From an uncultured bacterium (GTDB lineage: Bacteria > Acidobacteriota > Thermoanaerobaculia > Multivoradales > JAHZIX01), in contig CBDUPA010000031.1 of NCBI GenBank assembly GCA_965368975.1, positions 1 through 48,852 on the forward strand: DNA of 48,852 bases. Reading direction: 5' to 3'. The notes under the pieces are model-generated. The model worked only from the letters and a program-made list of their open reading frames with translations. It ran no database searches and was not told the DNA's origin. The translations under genes were made by a program, and so were the position numbers. The number at the start of each line of letters is the position of its first letter. The stretch's first letter is position 1. Positions 8,052-17,889 of the stretch are shown here, piece by piece.

Positions 8052-8990
8052 TCAGTCGTCGTTGGAATTCGAGTTGGTCGTCATCTCTGTCTGTGCATCT
8101 GTCTCTTCTTGGAAGACCGCATCTTCCGGGGAGACCGCCTCTTTTTGAGAGAGCAGTCCAAGCAACCACGAAGCCTGCCAGCGCTCCTCCCGAGCCCAGG
8201 TCTCGGGCGAAGTCCAGCCTGCCACCGCGGCACGGCAGCGCAGCGCCTCGACCCCGGCGGCCAGGTCTTCGGCCTCCTGCTGCCAGAGCTTGCTATAGCC
8301 ACCCAGCTCTTCGCGGCCACTCACCAGCACCGGCTGCACCTCGGTACTGATCTGGCGCACCACCTGGCTCCACCAGACCTCGGCACGGCTCCGCGTCTGC
8401 GTGACGGCACCGAGTACCGACGACTCGAGCCGCACCCGACTGCCCTCGGCGAAGGCCTGCGGGTCACCGATCCAGAGCTGCAGCGCAAGTGCCATCAGCA
8501 GGCTCGCCGCCAGTGCCCAGCGCGGCTCACGTAGGCTGCGCGGCAGTCTTTGCTGCTGGCGCGGCTTCTTGCGTGCCACGGCCGGCAGACGGAACACCAG
8601 GCGCGCCGGCAGTTCCAGACGCGGCAAGTGCACCGCTGCCTCTAGCGCTGCGACCACTGTCTGGCAGCGCGCACAGGCGTCGACGTGACGGTGCAGGGCA
8701 ACCATCTCCGACGACACTGGCTTGGGCGCTGGCCCGGCGCCGTCGGTTTCCAGCAACTCGTTCCAGCGTCGGTCGACGTCGCGGCACAGCACGATCTGCC
8801 GCGGCAAGGCGCGCAGCCGCTCCATCAGTGCCGCCGATGGCTCCAGCTCGGGCACGCCGGACCAAGCAGTAACGGCCTGTGGCCGGTCTATCCGAGGCGC
8901 GGGCTGTAACCACTCTCGAAAGGCTTGCCATGCCTGCCGTGGCAGGCGCCGCAGCGTTTCATGCATCGACAGTGCATCCGTTCGCTTCAT
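8052..8990 (-). CDS. Putative anti-sigma factor (zf-HC2-like HxxxCxxC plus TM helix)
   Basis: HVDACARC motif, hydrophobic WALAASLLMALALQLW, immediately downstream of the ECF sigma factor. Confidence 0.75.
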   Translation of the reverse strand: MKRTDALSMHETLRRLPRQAWQAFREWLQPAPRIDRPQAVTAWSGVPELEPSAALMERLRALPRQIVLCRDVDRRWNELLETDGAGPAPKPVSSEMVALHRHVDACARCQTVVAALEAAVHLPRLELPARLVFRLPAVARKKPRQQQRLPRSLREPRWALAASLLMALALQLWIGDPQAFAEGSRVRLESSVLGAVTQTRSRAEVWWSQVVRQISTEVQPVLVSGREELGGYSKLWQQEAEDLAAGVEALRCRAAVAGWTSPETWAREERWQASWLLGLLSQKEAVSPEDAVFQEETDAQTEMTTNSNSNDD

Positions 8991-8991
8991 G

Positions 8992-9618
8992 TCACACCTC
9001 CGCCAAGACCGCGCCGTCCAGCGGAGAGGCTCCGCCGTCCGCTGCCGTGGGTACCAGCCGCGCCGCCACGCGCTCGGCAAGCTCCCGGCGAGCCCGCGCC
9101 AGTCGCGACTTCAGCGTGCCCATCGGCACATCTTGGAAGGTGGCTACCTCTTCGTAGCTCCAGCCTTGTAGGTCGCGCAGCAGCACTGCCGTCGCCATGT
9201 CTTGGTTCATCTCTTCGAGCGCTCCGTACACCGCGCGCAGCCGCTGACGGCGCTGGGTACGAGCGTGCGGATCGTCGCCGCCCGGTAGTTGCTCCAGAAT
9301 CGCCTCGGGCACCCGTCGCGAGCGCGCCTCGAGTCGCGCCCGGCGGTAGCGCTCGATGCACAGGTTCTTGCTCAGCGTCAACGCCCAGGCGACCAACGGT
9401 ACCTTGCCGTGGTACTTCTCGAGATTCCGGTACAGCTTCATGAAGATCTCCTGGGTCAAGTCCTCGGCCTCCGCCGCATTGCCCGCGAACTGGAAGGCCA
9501 GGTTGTAGATCTTGCGGCCATACAGCCGGATCAACTCATCCCAAGCCGCCGCCTCGCCGTCCGCGGCGCGGCGGGCCAGATCGCTGTCGTGTTTTGGGTT
9601 CCAGGTCGACCTCATCAT
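8992..9618 (-). CDS. ECF RNA polymerase sigma-70 factor
   Basis: AEDLTQEIFMKLY (region 2); LRDLQGWSYEEVA...GTLKSRLARARREL (region 4). Confidence 0.95.
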   Translation of the reverse strand: MMRSTWNPKHDSDLARRAADGEAAAWDELIRLYGRKIYNLAFQFAGNAAEAEDLTQEIFMKLYRNLEKYHGKVPLVAWALTLSKNLCIERYRRARLEARSRRVPEAILEQLPGGDDPHARTQRRQRLRAVYGALEEMNQDMATAVLLRDLQGWSYEEVATFQDVPMGTLKSRLARARRELAERVAARLVPTAADGGASPLDGAVLAEV

Positions 9619-9633
9619 CTCTCCTCATTCAGC

Positions 9634-9661
9634 AAGACGAGACCTCACGAGAAAAGGTTCC
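9634..9661 (-). promoter_or_regulatory. ECF-type promoter GGAACC-N16-CGTCTT, probably autoregulatory
   Basis: Minus strand reads GGAACC ttttctcgtgaggtct CGTCTT just upstream of the RBS and start of the sigma gene; matches the AAC/CGT ECF consensus. Confidence 0.7.
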
Positions 9662-9719
9662 TTGGCAGCAGGAAGGACCCAGAACATCTGTTAGCTCATC
9701 GCGTAGCCGGAGAGGCACA

Positions 9720-9725
9720 TATAAT
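9720..9725 (+). promoter_or_regulatory. -10 box TATAAT, probably giving a leaderless or near-leaderless TA transcript
   Basis: Perfect TATAAT 9 nt before ATG 9735, with no SD between them. Confidence 0.55.
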
Positions 9726-9734
9726 GGTTCTGTC

Positions 9735-10043
9735 ATGTTGAACCTGAACCCCTTCTATCCCCAGATCTCAGCAGCCTGCCGGCACTTTCGAGTCAAGAAA
9801 CTCGAGCTCTTCGGCTCCGGCACACGGGAGGACTTCGGAAACGACAGTGATGTGGACTTCCTGGTCGAGTTCCACGATCTGGAAGGACCCGGGATCGCTG
9901 ACCGCTACTTCGGGTTGATCAACAGTCTGACGCAAACCTTACAGCGCCCTGTCGATCTCGTAGAGGTCAGCTCGATTCGAAATCCCTTTTTCCGCAAAGC
10001 GGTCAACGCCGGCAGAGAGCTAGTGTACGGCGATGGACCCTAG
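9735..10043 (+). CDS. Minimal nucleotidyltransferase antitoxin (MntA family)
   Basis: LFGSGTREDF..SDVDFLVEF (GSx10DxD), RPVDLV; about 102 aa; overlaps the HEPN gene. Confidence 0.92.
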   Translation: MLNLNPFYPQISAACRHFRVKKLELFGSGTREDFGNDSDVDFLVEFHDLEGPGIADRYFGLINSLTQTLQRPVDLVEVSSIRNPFFRKAVNAGRELVYGDGP

Positions 10044-10377
10044 AACCTATCTCCACGATATCCAGGAGTCTGCGGCTGAGATTCTTGAATTCACTGAAGG
10101 CATGTCGCTCGACGACTACCGTACGAACAAGCTTGTCCGTGCCGCTGTCGAACGGAAGTTCGAGATCATCGGCGAAGCCCTGAACCGCCTCAAGCGAACA
10201 GCCCCAGAGCATCTTGAGAAGATTCGCGAAACCGCTCAAATCATCGCCTTTCGCAACCTCCTGGCGCACGGCTATGACACCGTCTCGGATCCGATCGTCT
10301 GGGACATCGTGCAGCAGAAGCTACCCGCGCTGATCGAAGATGTTCGTATCCGGCTCGACGCCCAGGCAGTTGACTAG
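10033..10377 (+). CDS. HEPN/DUF86 ribonuclease toxin (HepT family)
   Basis: AVERKFEIIGEA; RNLLAHGY (Rx4HxY); VWDIV..LP.L. Confidence 0.93.
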   Translation: MDPRTYLHDIQESAAEILEFTEGMSLDDYRTNKLVRAAVERKFEIIGEALNRLKRTAPEHLEKIRETAQIIAFRNLLAHGYDTVSDPIVWDIVQQKLPALIEDVRIRLDAQAVD

Positions 10378-10439
10378 CCGAGAAGACTACCTGGCAAGAA
10401 GCAGCTGCAGCCAAGAAGCTGCTGCTGCACGCTAGACCG

Positions 10440-10470
10440 AAAAGGGCCCCGTACCCGAAGCACGGAGCCC
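10440..10470 (-). terminator. Rho-independent terminator
   Basis: Minus strand GGGCTCCGTGC-TTCGG-GTACGGGGCCC-TTTT, downstream of the stop at 10503. Confidence 0.75.
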
Positions 10471-10502
10471 TGACTTCAGCCCAGTCGGTCTGGTCTGAGC
10501 GG

Positions 10503-11414
10503 TCACTGTACCGAAGTGCTGTACTCGAAGGAGACCGGCCCTTCCAACTGCATCAGCATCGGACCCGCCGGTCCTTTCATGGAAAAGGTTCCAGCGGCGC
10601 TGGACTCCACGTCGATGAAGTGGATGAGGTCGCGCACGGCACGCCCCGTCAACTCGAGGATCATCTCGACCTCGTTCCCGCCTTCGTCAGCCATGACGAC
10701 CTGGGCCTTCATGCGCCAGTCGATGAGCGCACGCGTCCCTTCGGCCTCGACCGCCACCAGAGTTCCGGTGGCCTGACCGTCGAACGACCTCACTTCCTCC
10801 AGGCGGAACATGGCTTGCATCTGCTCCGAGGGCAGCGGCCACGACTCACCGACAGCGATCGGCTCCGCCGGATAGTCGGTTCGATTGTGGCGGTCGACAA
10901 AGGCGTCGAGATCCTCCTGCTGTGCCGGCGTCGGCTCCCCCGCGGCCAGGCGTGCGCGCCAGTCTTCGCCCTGCCGCTCGTAGAGCACGACCTGGCCATC
11001 GAGTGCCGAGTTGTCGGGAACCTCTTGCGTACTCCCAGCCATGGTGATCTGGGTCAGGTCGTCCTCTGTACGGACCGTGATCTCCCAGGCCACCACATCA
11101 CCGTTCTCGACGGCCAGCACCTTGCGGCTCAGATCCAGCATCGTCTGGGCGGTGAACTGTCCCTGCGCCACGGGCTGGCCATTCTGGAACATCGTCAGGG
11201 CTGCTTCCCCCATCCGCATCTGGCCCGTCTCCTTGAACACCGTCCCGATTTCCGGCACTGGACCCCGCAGATCGTACGTGCTCTGAGCGGAAGCAGACAG
11301 GGGCAGGGCCCCCATCAAGCAGATCATCAGGCCGACCGTCAGACGCGCCTTCAGGCGGAGGTCGAGACCAGGGAAAGCGCGAGCCGAACTCTCGTCACGA
11401 AACATCATCATCAT
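10503..11414 (-). CDS. Secreted beta-rich hypothetical protein
   Basis: AAGGAG before MMMMF; signal-like LTVGLMICLMGALPLSASA; YPAEPIAVGESW motif; followed by a terminator. Confidence 0.7.
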   Translation of the reverse strand: MMMMFRDESSARAFPGLDLRLKARLTVGLMICLMGALPLSASAQSTYDLRGPVPEIGTVFKETGQMRMGEAALTMFQNGQPVAQGQFTAQTMLDLSRKVLAVENGDVVAWEITVRTEDDLTQITMAGSTQEVPDNSALDGQVVLYERQGEDWRARLAAGEPTPAQQEDLDAFVDRHNRTDYPAEPIAVGESWPLPSEQMQAMFRLEEVRSFDGQATGTLVAVEAEGTRALIDWRMKAQVVMADEGGNEVEMILELTGRAVRDLIHFIDVESSAAGTFSMKGPAGPMLMQLEGPVSFEYSTSVQ

Positions 11415-11667
11415 GGGATGAACTCCTTGGTAGTCACTTCTAGAAGTTTTGCATGTGGAAGTCGGATGCGTCGCAAACCTGCGGCTTCCGAGGTTGCGAC
11501 CTGCAGTGGAGATTCTGCCACGGCCGGGCATGAGCGATGCCCAGACTCCGCGGATTCTCCACCGCACGACGGTAGGACGGGAACAATCGTAGAAATTCGC
11601 CTATCCAACAGGGAATTCGATATTCAACAATCTCGTTGCCAACTAGCAAACGACAAAAGGAGATTAC

Positions 11668-13875
11668 ATGCGTCTCATCCTGTCTTGCCTCACTACCGTC
11701 TCGCTGCTGTGGGGGGCGTCAGCTCTTGCGACCACAGCGGAATCAACTCCCGAGAATCGTACTGCTTGCGCGCCCAGCGCCGAGGTGCAAGCCGAACTCG
11801 ACGCCATCGGCAGCCTGACACCGAGCCAGGACTGCCCACCCTGGCAGCCTTGCTGGGCAGAGAAGGTCGAAGCCGTGCGCGAACTGGCCCAGCGCTACCC
11901 GGACGACCTCTTCGTCAACCAAGCGCTCCAGGACGGCCTGACGTACGGAAACGAGGCAGGGGCCGAGGAGCTGCGTGCCAAATACGCTGCCCGCGCAAGC
12001 GCCCACCCCGACGACGCCGCTGCACGCTATCTATCCGCCCGGATACTGGAAGACGAGGAACGTATCGAAGGTCTGCGGAATGTTCTGGAGCTAGATCCGG
12101 ACTTTCCCCAGGCGCACTACCACCTGGCTAGCAGCCTGAGCAACTCGAGAGGCGCTGCCACCACAACCACCACAGATCCAGATGCCGCCCGCAGGCACTA
12201 CGAGAGCTTCCGGCAGCTTTGCCCGGAGAACTTCCAGGAAGCCTTGAACCTGCTCAGCTGGTCGCTCGACGACCCACAGCTGCGCCGCACCGAACTCCCG
12301 GCCCTGAGCGAACTGCTCCGGCAGGCCAACGCCTCGGATCAGGCCCACTACTGGCCCATCGTCTGGCAACTGCAGTTCGACGTACACCCGGTAGGCGAGC
12401 ACGGCACTGTGCGAGAGCGCCTGAGCCACGAGTTGCCGGCAGTCGAGCCAACACTGACCACGGACGCCGACCTGGACGCCAATGCGGACGACATCGAGAA
12501 ACGCTGGCAAGCCCTGATTACAGGCTACGAGATGCTCGGAGACCCTGAGAAGCTGCGCGCCGTGCGTCAGCGGGCCGCGGCGGTGATGCCGTGCGGTGAG
12601 ATCGCCGACGACCTGCGGCTCGAACCCTGGCGCAAGGGGGAACGCTACCTGCGCGTCCAGCAGCTAACCGAAGAGGAACGCCAGGAGCTGTTCGCGGTCA
12701 CCGAAGAGTGGATCGCTACCTGCCCGCACAGCTTCACGCTGCGCCAGACTCGGTTCAGCGTTCTGCGCACGGGGCTGTACGAAGATCTCAGCGACGACGA
12801 ACTGCTGCGTGAGGTCGACTCCTTCGTAGACAGCTGGCAGCCGGGTTCCCCGCAGCTACCCTTCCGTCAGGCTGCTGCTCTGCTCCTGGATGTGAAGTTG
12901 CGCCCCGAGCAGGCGCTCGCTCTGCTACAACGCGGAGACGAAGAAGAGGAGAAAAAGACGGCACAGGAAGACCTCGGCATGTTCCCCGAAGACCTGCGCC
13001 GGCGAATCGCCTATAGCAACGTCATCCGGCGGCTGAATCTGCGCGACCTGCGCATTGACGCTCTGACGCAGCTCGACCGCCTCGACGAGGCACGCGAAGA
13101 GCTACAAGCCTTCCGGACTCAAAGTCTGGCACTGCTGGAGATCGCACCGGAAGACAGCTATGACCGCACCGTCGCCTACCACGAGAGCTGGTTCCTGCGC
13201 CTGCAGGCACACATCGCTGAGCATGAGGGCCGAGTGGCCGACGCCTTCGCCTTCCTGCATCAAGCCAGCAACCATCACGAGAACAGCGAAGATCCAGAAG
13301 AATTCCAGCGACTGTGGGCCCAGCTGGGTGGCACCGAGACCGGCCTCGCCGCCCTACAGGCCACGGCCGACGAACCCGAGGACGAGATCGCCGAGGAAAC
13401 ATCGCGCTGGGAAGAAAGCGCCGAGGCACTGGGCCAGTTCACCATGACCGATCTGAGCGGACGCACGTGGACGCAAGAGGACCTCGAGGGCAAGGCGGTG
13501 CTGGTCAACCTGTGGGCAACATGGTGCGCCCCATGCATCCAGGAGCTGCCCTACATCGAGCAACTGCACCAGCGGACAGCCGACAACCCGGCTCTGCAGG
13601 TCATCACCCTGAATACAGACCGCAACACCGGCCTGATCGCTCCCTTCCTGAGCCAGCACGACTTCACCTTCGCAGTGCTGCTCGGCAGCGATTTCACCCA
13701 GGATCGCTTTCGCGACGAAAGCGTGACGCTACCGCAAAACTGGCTGGTGACACCGGACGGAGAGATTCGCTGGGTCCAGACCGGCTTCGGAGCCGGGGAC
13801 GAGGAAGCCTGGATGGACGACATCGTCGAGCGCTTGACCGAGCTGAGCGTCGACTCGAAGGCGGAGGGCGAATAG
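11668..13875 (+). CDS. Exported helical-repeat/TPR protein with C-terminal TlpA-like thioredoxin domain
   Basis: AGGAG RBS; signal peptide; LELDPDFPQAHYHLA (TPR-like); GKAVLVNLWATWCAPCIQELP, TLPQNWLV. Confidence 0.88.
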   Translation: MRLILSCLTTVSLLWGASALATTAESTPENRTACAPSAEVQAELDAIGSLTPSQDCPPWQPCWAEKVEAVRELAQRYPDDLFVNQALQDGLTYGNEAGAEELRAKYAARASAHPDDAAARYLSARILEDEERIEGLRNVLELDPDFPQAHYHLASSLSNSRGAATTTTTDPDAARRHYESFRQLCPENFQEALNLLSWSLDDPQLRRTELPALSELLRQANASDQAHYWPIVWQLQFDVHPVGEHGTVRERLSHELPAVEPTLTTDADLDANADDIEKRWQALITGYEMLGDPEKLRAVRQRAAAVMPCGEIADDLRLEPWRKGERYLRVQQLTEEERQELFAVTEEWIATCPHSFTLRQTRFSVLRTGLYEDLSDDELLREVDSFVDSWQPGSPQLPFRQAAALLLDVKLRPEQALALLQRGDEEEEKKTAQEDLGMFPEDLRRRIAYSNVIRRLNLRDLRIDALTQLDRLDEAREELQAFRTQSLALLEIAPEDSYDRTVAYHESWFLRLQAHIAEHEGRVADAFAFLHQASNHHENSEDPEEFQRLWAQLGGTETGLAALQATADEPEDEIAEETSRWEESAEALGQFTMTDLSGRTWTQEDLEGKAVLVNLWATWCAPCIQELPYIEQLHQRTADNPALQVITLNTDRNTGLIAPFLSQHDFTFAVLLGSDFTQDRFRDESVTLPQNWLVTPDGEIRWVQTGFGAGDEEAWMDDIVERLTELSVDSKAEGE

Positions 13876-13927
13876 ATCGAGTCGCTACCAGACCCGTCTG
13901 CTGGATGTGCCTGCTAAACTGGGTAGC

Positions 13928-14893
13928 ATGTTCGGCCGTCGATCTTCGCGCCAGCTTCAGCTACCCCCTCGAGTCCTCCTCGGCTGGCTCTGCCTAGTCA
14001 CGAGCCTTGGCGCCGGATCGACACCAGCACTGCCAACCGAAACAGTGCCAGCCGAGAGGATGCCAACCGAGACGGTGCCGGCCGGGCCCCTCGACGTCAC
14101 CGGAAAGGTCCAGAACCCCGACGGCACACCGCGGGCCGGTGCCGTCGCGGTGCTGGAGCCTCGGTACGCGGATGCGGCCTCTGGGCAGATCCGCACCGTC
14201 TCGACCGCCTCCAGTGACGACGACGGCCTCTTTCGCTTGCGGGCACCGAAAGCCGGGATGTGGCGGGTGACGGTGCGCGCGAACGGCATGCTGCCGATGC
14301 GCCACCACCTGGCTCTCGGTGCCTCGGAAACGCTGCCCGCCGTCACCTTACGGCCCGCCGTCGACCTACGCGTCGAGATCACGCGCGCCGCCGCCATCCC
14401 GCTGGCCGGAGCTCACGTCCTCGCCAGTTCCGGCACCACGACCGGCATCAGCGCTTGGTATCCGGCACCGCGGGAAGGCAAGAGCGGCGACGACGGTCTG
14501 CTCATCTTGCCGCGCGGCCACGGCGAAGCGCTCCGTCTACTCGCGCAAGCCCCTGGCCACCAGAGCGGCAGCCTCGAAGTAGACGCCGACAACCCCACCA
14601 CCGCCGTCCGCCTCGACCTCGCCGCCACCACCGCCGTCACCGGACGCGTCCAGAACCCAGACCGCCAACCCATCGCCGATGCCGAAGTCCGGCTGCTGCG
14701 CAGTGGCGCTCCACTCGGAGTCCCACATGTCACCCACAGCCGGCGCAACGGTGACTTCGCCGTCCAGGGCCTGGCCCCGGGCGAGTACAAAATCCGCGTC
14801 GCGGCGCCGGGTTACCGCACCGAGGAAGCGTCCGTGGATGTGGCGGAGAATGCGGCGCTCGAAGACCTGCTGGTTGTGCTGGCGCCGCGCTAG
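13928..14893 (+). CDS. Carboxypeptidase-regulatory-like (beta-sandwich) repeat protein
   Basis: Repeats VTGKVQNPDGTPRAGA and VTGRVQNPDRQPIADAEV..GDFAVQGLAPGEYKIRVAAPGY; N-terminal hydrophobic segment; start uncertain (13907 or 13928). Confidence 0.72.
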   Translation: MFGRRSSRQLQLPPRVLLGWLCLVTSLGAGSTPALPTETVPAERMPTETVPAGPLDVTGKVQNPDGTPRAGAVAVLEPRYADAASGQIRTVSTASSDDDGLFRLRAPKAGMWRVTVRANGMLPMRHHLALGASETLPAVTLRPAVDLRVEITRAAAIPLAGAHVLASSGTTTGISAWYPAPREGKSGDDGLLILPRGHGEALRLLAQAPGHQSGSLEVDADNPTTAVRLDLAATTAVTGRVQNPDRQPIADAEVRLLRSGAPLGVPHVTHSRRNGDFAVQGLAPGEYKIRVAAPGYRTEEASVDVAENAALEDLLVVLAPR

Positions 14894-17883
14894 AACGGAT
14901 TCCCCAGGCTCAAGAACACCTCCGCCGGCGACTCACCGTCGAGACGGTCGAGCTTCCAGCCGACTTCTAGACGCACGGGACCGATCGGCGACTGATAGCG
15001 CACGCCGACGCCAACGCCGTAGCTGAGTTCGGAGGGATCGATCTCCTGCCAGTCGCGCCAGACGTTGCCAGCGTCGACGAAAAGGGCGCCGCCGAGGGCG
15101 TCGGCGAGGGGGAAGCGGTATTCGAGGTTGGCGAGCAGCAGGCCGTTGCCGCCGACGGGAACGAGGCGGCGGGAGCCGTCGGTGTTGGTCTGGGCGATCA
15201 GGGTCTCGCCGAGGATACCGAGTTCGTCGCGGTCGTAGGCACGATGGGAAGTACGGCCTCCGGCGAAGAAGCGCTCGCCGATGGGAACGGGATTGACGGC
15301 TTCGATCGGCAGTGCGCCGGACGGAGCTTCGTCGACCAAGGGCTCGATACCACCGACGCGAACGCTGGCGGCGAGGACGCCGAAGCGGCCGAAGGGGAGG
15401 TACCCGGTCTGCTGGATGAAGAGCTTGCCGAAGTGGGCGTCAGCATCGAGAACCGGGAAGGCATACTGCAGCTGCACGACGGTGCTCCAACCGCGGGTGG
15501 GGTCGAAAGCGTCGTCGCGACGATCGAGCAGCAGGGCGGGGATGATACTGGAGATCTGGACTTCCTGGTCTTCGCGCTCGATCTCGTTGAGCGGAATGTC
15601 GACCTCGTCGAGATCGACCAGCCGGTAGTCGTAGACCAAGCCGAAGCGGTTGCCGTGCGGGGTTTCGTACAGGCTCTCGACCCGCAGGCCGATACTGCGC
15701 TGTTGGAAGCTTTCGCGGTCATCGTCGAAGCCGAAGAGCGAGTAATTGATCGGCAAGCGCAGAGAGCCCACGAAGGGTTGACTGAAGAGCAAGCGGAAGC
15801 GCTGATCGCGCTGAGAAATACGCAGGTCGAGCTGCGCGGTCAGAGCACGGCCGTCGATGTTGGTGCGGGTGACACCGAAGAGGCCGCGCAGGCCATCTTC
15901 GGAATCGTAGCCACCGCCGTAGATCAAGCGATAGGAACTCGCCTCTTCGACCCGCACCACGACGTCGCGCCCTTCACCCAACAGACCACCGGGCAATAGC
16001 TCGACGTCGACGCGCGAGAAGATACCCAGGCGATTCAGCTCGCGCTCGACCTCGAGCAAGCGGGTACGGCTGACCGGATCACCGTGGTCGAGGGCGACGA
16101 CCCGGCGCAGGAAGCTGGCGCGGGTCGCTCGGTTGCCCCGGATCAGCACGCGATCAACGACGGTGCGCGGACCTTCGAGCACCTGCAGTGTTACTTCGAC
16201 CAGGGTCTCGTCAATCCACTCCAGGAGCGGTGAGATCTGCACCTGGGTGTAGCCGAATTCGGCGTAGCGGGTGCGGAGAACCTCGAGTGCATCTTCGAGC
16301 AGACGCGGATGGAAGGGCTTGCCTTCGCCCAGCGGCAGCTCGTTGACCCAGGGACCGAACTCGAGACGGCGAAGCCCTTCGAGCACCAGACTGGCGACGC
16401 GCCGTCGCGGCCCCTCGACGATCGGAATGACGACGCGCAGAGCCTTGCCGTCCCGCTCGACGATCTCCGGGCCGATCTGCGCTTGCCAGAAGCCGCGCAG
16501 CGCGTAGTACGAGCGCAAATTCTCGAGATCGGCCTGCAGCGTCTCGGTGACCAGACGGCCGCTGCCCGGGCTGAAGGCACGGCGCGGCGCGGTGGCCATG
16601 AGGTCGAGCAAGACGTCGTCGAGCATGGCCTCGTTGCCTTCCAGCTCCAGCGTCTGCAACTGGAAGGCGTCTCCCGGTTCGATGCCGATGTGGACGCGCA
16701 GCAGCTCGCTGCCAGCCTCGATCAATGCCTCCTCTTGGACGTCGACACGCACCCGGTAGTGGCCCTTGCGCTGGTAGTAGCGGCGTAAGCGGCGCTGCGA
16801 TTCGAGCAGCAAGGCGTAGTCATAGCCATCCTCGGCGAACAGCGGCAGCAGGTCGCGATCCCGCAGATCGTCGACGTCGCCGCCGGTCAGCGCCACTTCG
16901 ACTTTCGGTCCAAGACGCAGGGGATAGCTGAGGTCGACGACGATGGCTTCCGTGGAGTGAGACTCCGGGGAAGGCTCCGTGCGTACCTGCAGTGGCCGGT
17001 CGACGCGCGCCAGGCGGTAGCCCTGGCCCACCAGCCAGCGGCGAAGGCGTTCGCGGTCGTCGCGCACTTCGGCGCCCACGAAGGGGGTTCCGGACGTCAC
17101 CTGCAGTTGCTGGCGCAGGGTGTCGACATCGAAGGGACCGAAGTCACCATCGAAGCGCACTCGGCCGACGCGGGCGCGCGGACCGCAGTCGATGTCGAAG
17201 CGAACGGCGGCGCGGCGGCGCGAGGTATCGGTGTCAATGTCCAGCCGCACGTCGGCTTGCAAGTAGCCGGCGCGCTCGTAGCGCTCCTGCAGGGCCTCGA
17301 GGCTCTGCTGCAAGCTCTCTTCGGACAGGGGCTCGCCGGAACTCTGCGTAATGGCTTCGCGCAGCTGCACCTCGGGTAGGCACAGAGATTCTTCGGACGC
17401 GCCAGTGGTGCGAGTAACGAGGTCGATCGTCTCGACCAGCAGGTGCGAGCGCAGCACGACGATCACCTCGATGCTCGCCTCCCCCTTGGGGCCTGCACCG
17501 GTTCCTACGGCGCCGGTTCCTACGGCTACAGGCCGGCGGTAGATCTCGACCGCTTCGAAGCGACCGGTGGCGTGTAGGTTGCGCAACGTACGGCGCACAG
17601 CGGCACCGGTCAGCGTCTGGCCGACGTCGAAGGTCAGTAGCTGGCGCAGGTCGTCGCCGTCCTCGATCTCCGCATCGGCACGCAGCTCGATGGCAGCGAT
17701 GCGTGGCCCCGGTTCGTCGACCGGAGCTTCTTGCGCCCGACTCGACGCTGCAGGCACCAGCACGACCAAGAGGCCGACCGCCAGTGTTGCCCGCAAGCAT
17801 GTTGCCCACCAGCGTGCAGCCAGCAGCGGTGTAGCCAGGAGGAGGCGCGGTAAGTACGCCCGTAGGCGTTCGGCGGTGCGCAT
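14890..17883 (-). CDS. BamA/TamA (Omp85) family outer-membrane protein with multiple POTRA domains
   Basis: POTRA-like repeats; RFFAGGRTSHRAY; GVGVRYQSPIGPVRLEVG; C-terminal Phe; adjacent to TamB. Confidence 0.92.
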   Translation of the reverse strand: MRTAERLRAYLPRLLLATPLLAARWWATCLRATLAVGLLVVLVPAASSRAQEAPVDEPGPRIAAIELRADAEIEDGDDLRQLLTFDVGQTLTGAAVRRTLRNLHATGRFEAVEIYRRPVAVGTGAVGTGAGPKGEASIEVIVVLRSHLLVETIDLVTRTTGASEESLCLPEVQLREAITQSSGEPLSEESLQQSLEALQERYERAGYLQADVRLDIDTDTSRRRAAVRFDIDCGPRARVGRVRFDGDFGPFDVDTLRQQLQVTSGTPFVGAEVRDDRERLRRWLVGQGYRLARVDRPLQVRTEPSPESHSTEAIVVDLSYPLRLGPKVEVALTGGDVDDLRDRDLLPLFAEDGYDYALLLESQRRLRRYYQRKGHYRVRVDVQEEALIEAGSELLRVHIGIEPGDAFQLQTLELEGNEAMLDDVLLDLMATAPRRAFSPGSGRLVTETLQADLENLRSYYALRGFWQAQIGPEIVERDGKALRVVIPIVEGPRRRVASLVLEGLRRLEFGPWVNELPLGEGKPFHPRLLEDALEVLRTRYAEFGYTQVQISPLLEWIDETLVEVTLQVLEGPRTVVDRVLIRGNRATRASFLRRVVALDHGDPVSRTRLLEVERELNRLGIFSRVDVELLPGGLLGEGRDVVVRVEEASSYRLIYGGGYDSEDGLRGLFGVTRTNIDGRALTAQLDLRISQRDQRFRLLFSQPFVGSLRLPINYSLFGFDDDRESFQQRSIGLRVESLYETPHGNRFGLVYDYRLVDLDEVDIPLNEIEREDQEVQISSIIPALLLDRRDDAFDPTRGWSTVVQLQYAFPVLDADAHFGKLFIQQTGYLPFGRFGVLAASVRVGGIEPLVDEAPSGALPIEAVNPVPIGERFFAGGRTSHRAYDRDELGILGETLIAQTNTDGSRRLVPVGGNGLLLANLEYRFPLADALGGALFVDAGNVWRDWQEIDPSELSYGVGVGVRYQSPIGPVRLEVGWKLDRLDGESPAEVFLSLGNPF

Positions 17884-17889
17884 CGGCGG

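Noticed and set aside
11470-11497. Third ECF-like promoter GCAACC-N18-CGAC on the minus strand
   Set aside because: The spacer is too long and both boxes deviate; better explained as part of an inverted repeat.
10620-12131. 503-aa plus-strand ORF
   Set aside because: Overlaps two better-supported genes and has no protein-like motifs.
9700-14893. Prophage or integrative element around the TA pair
   Set aside because: No integrase, transposase, tRNA or flanking direct repeats were seen.
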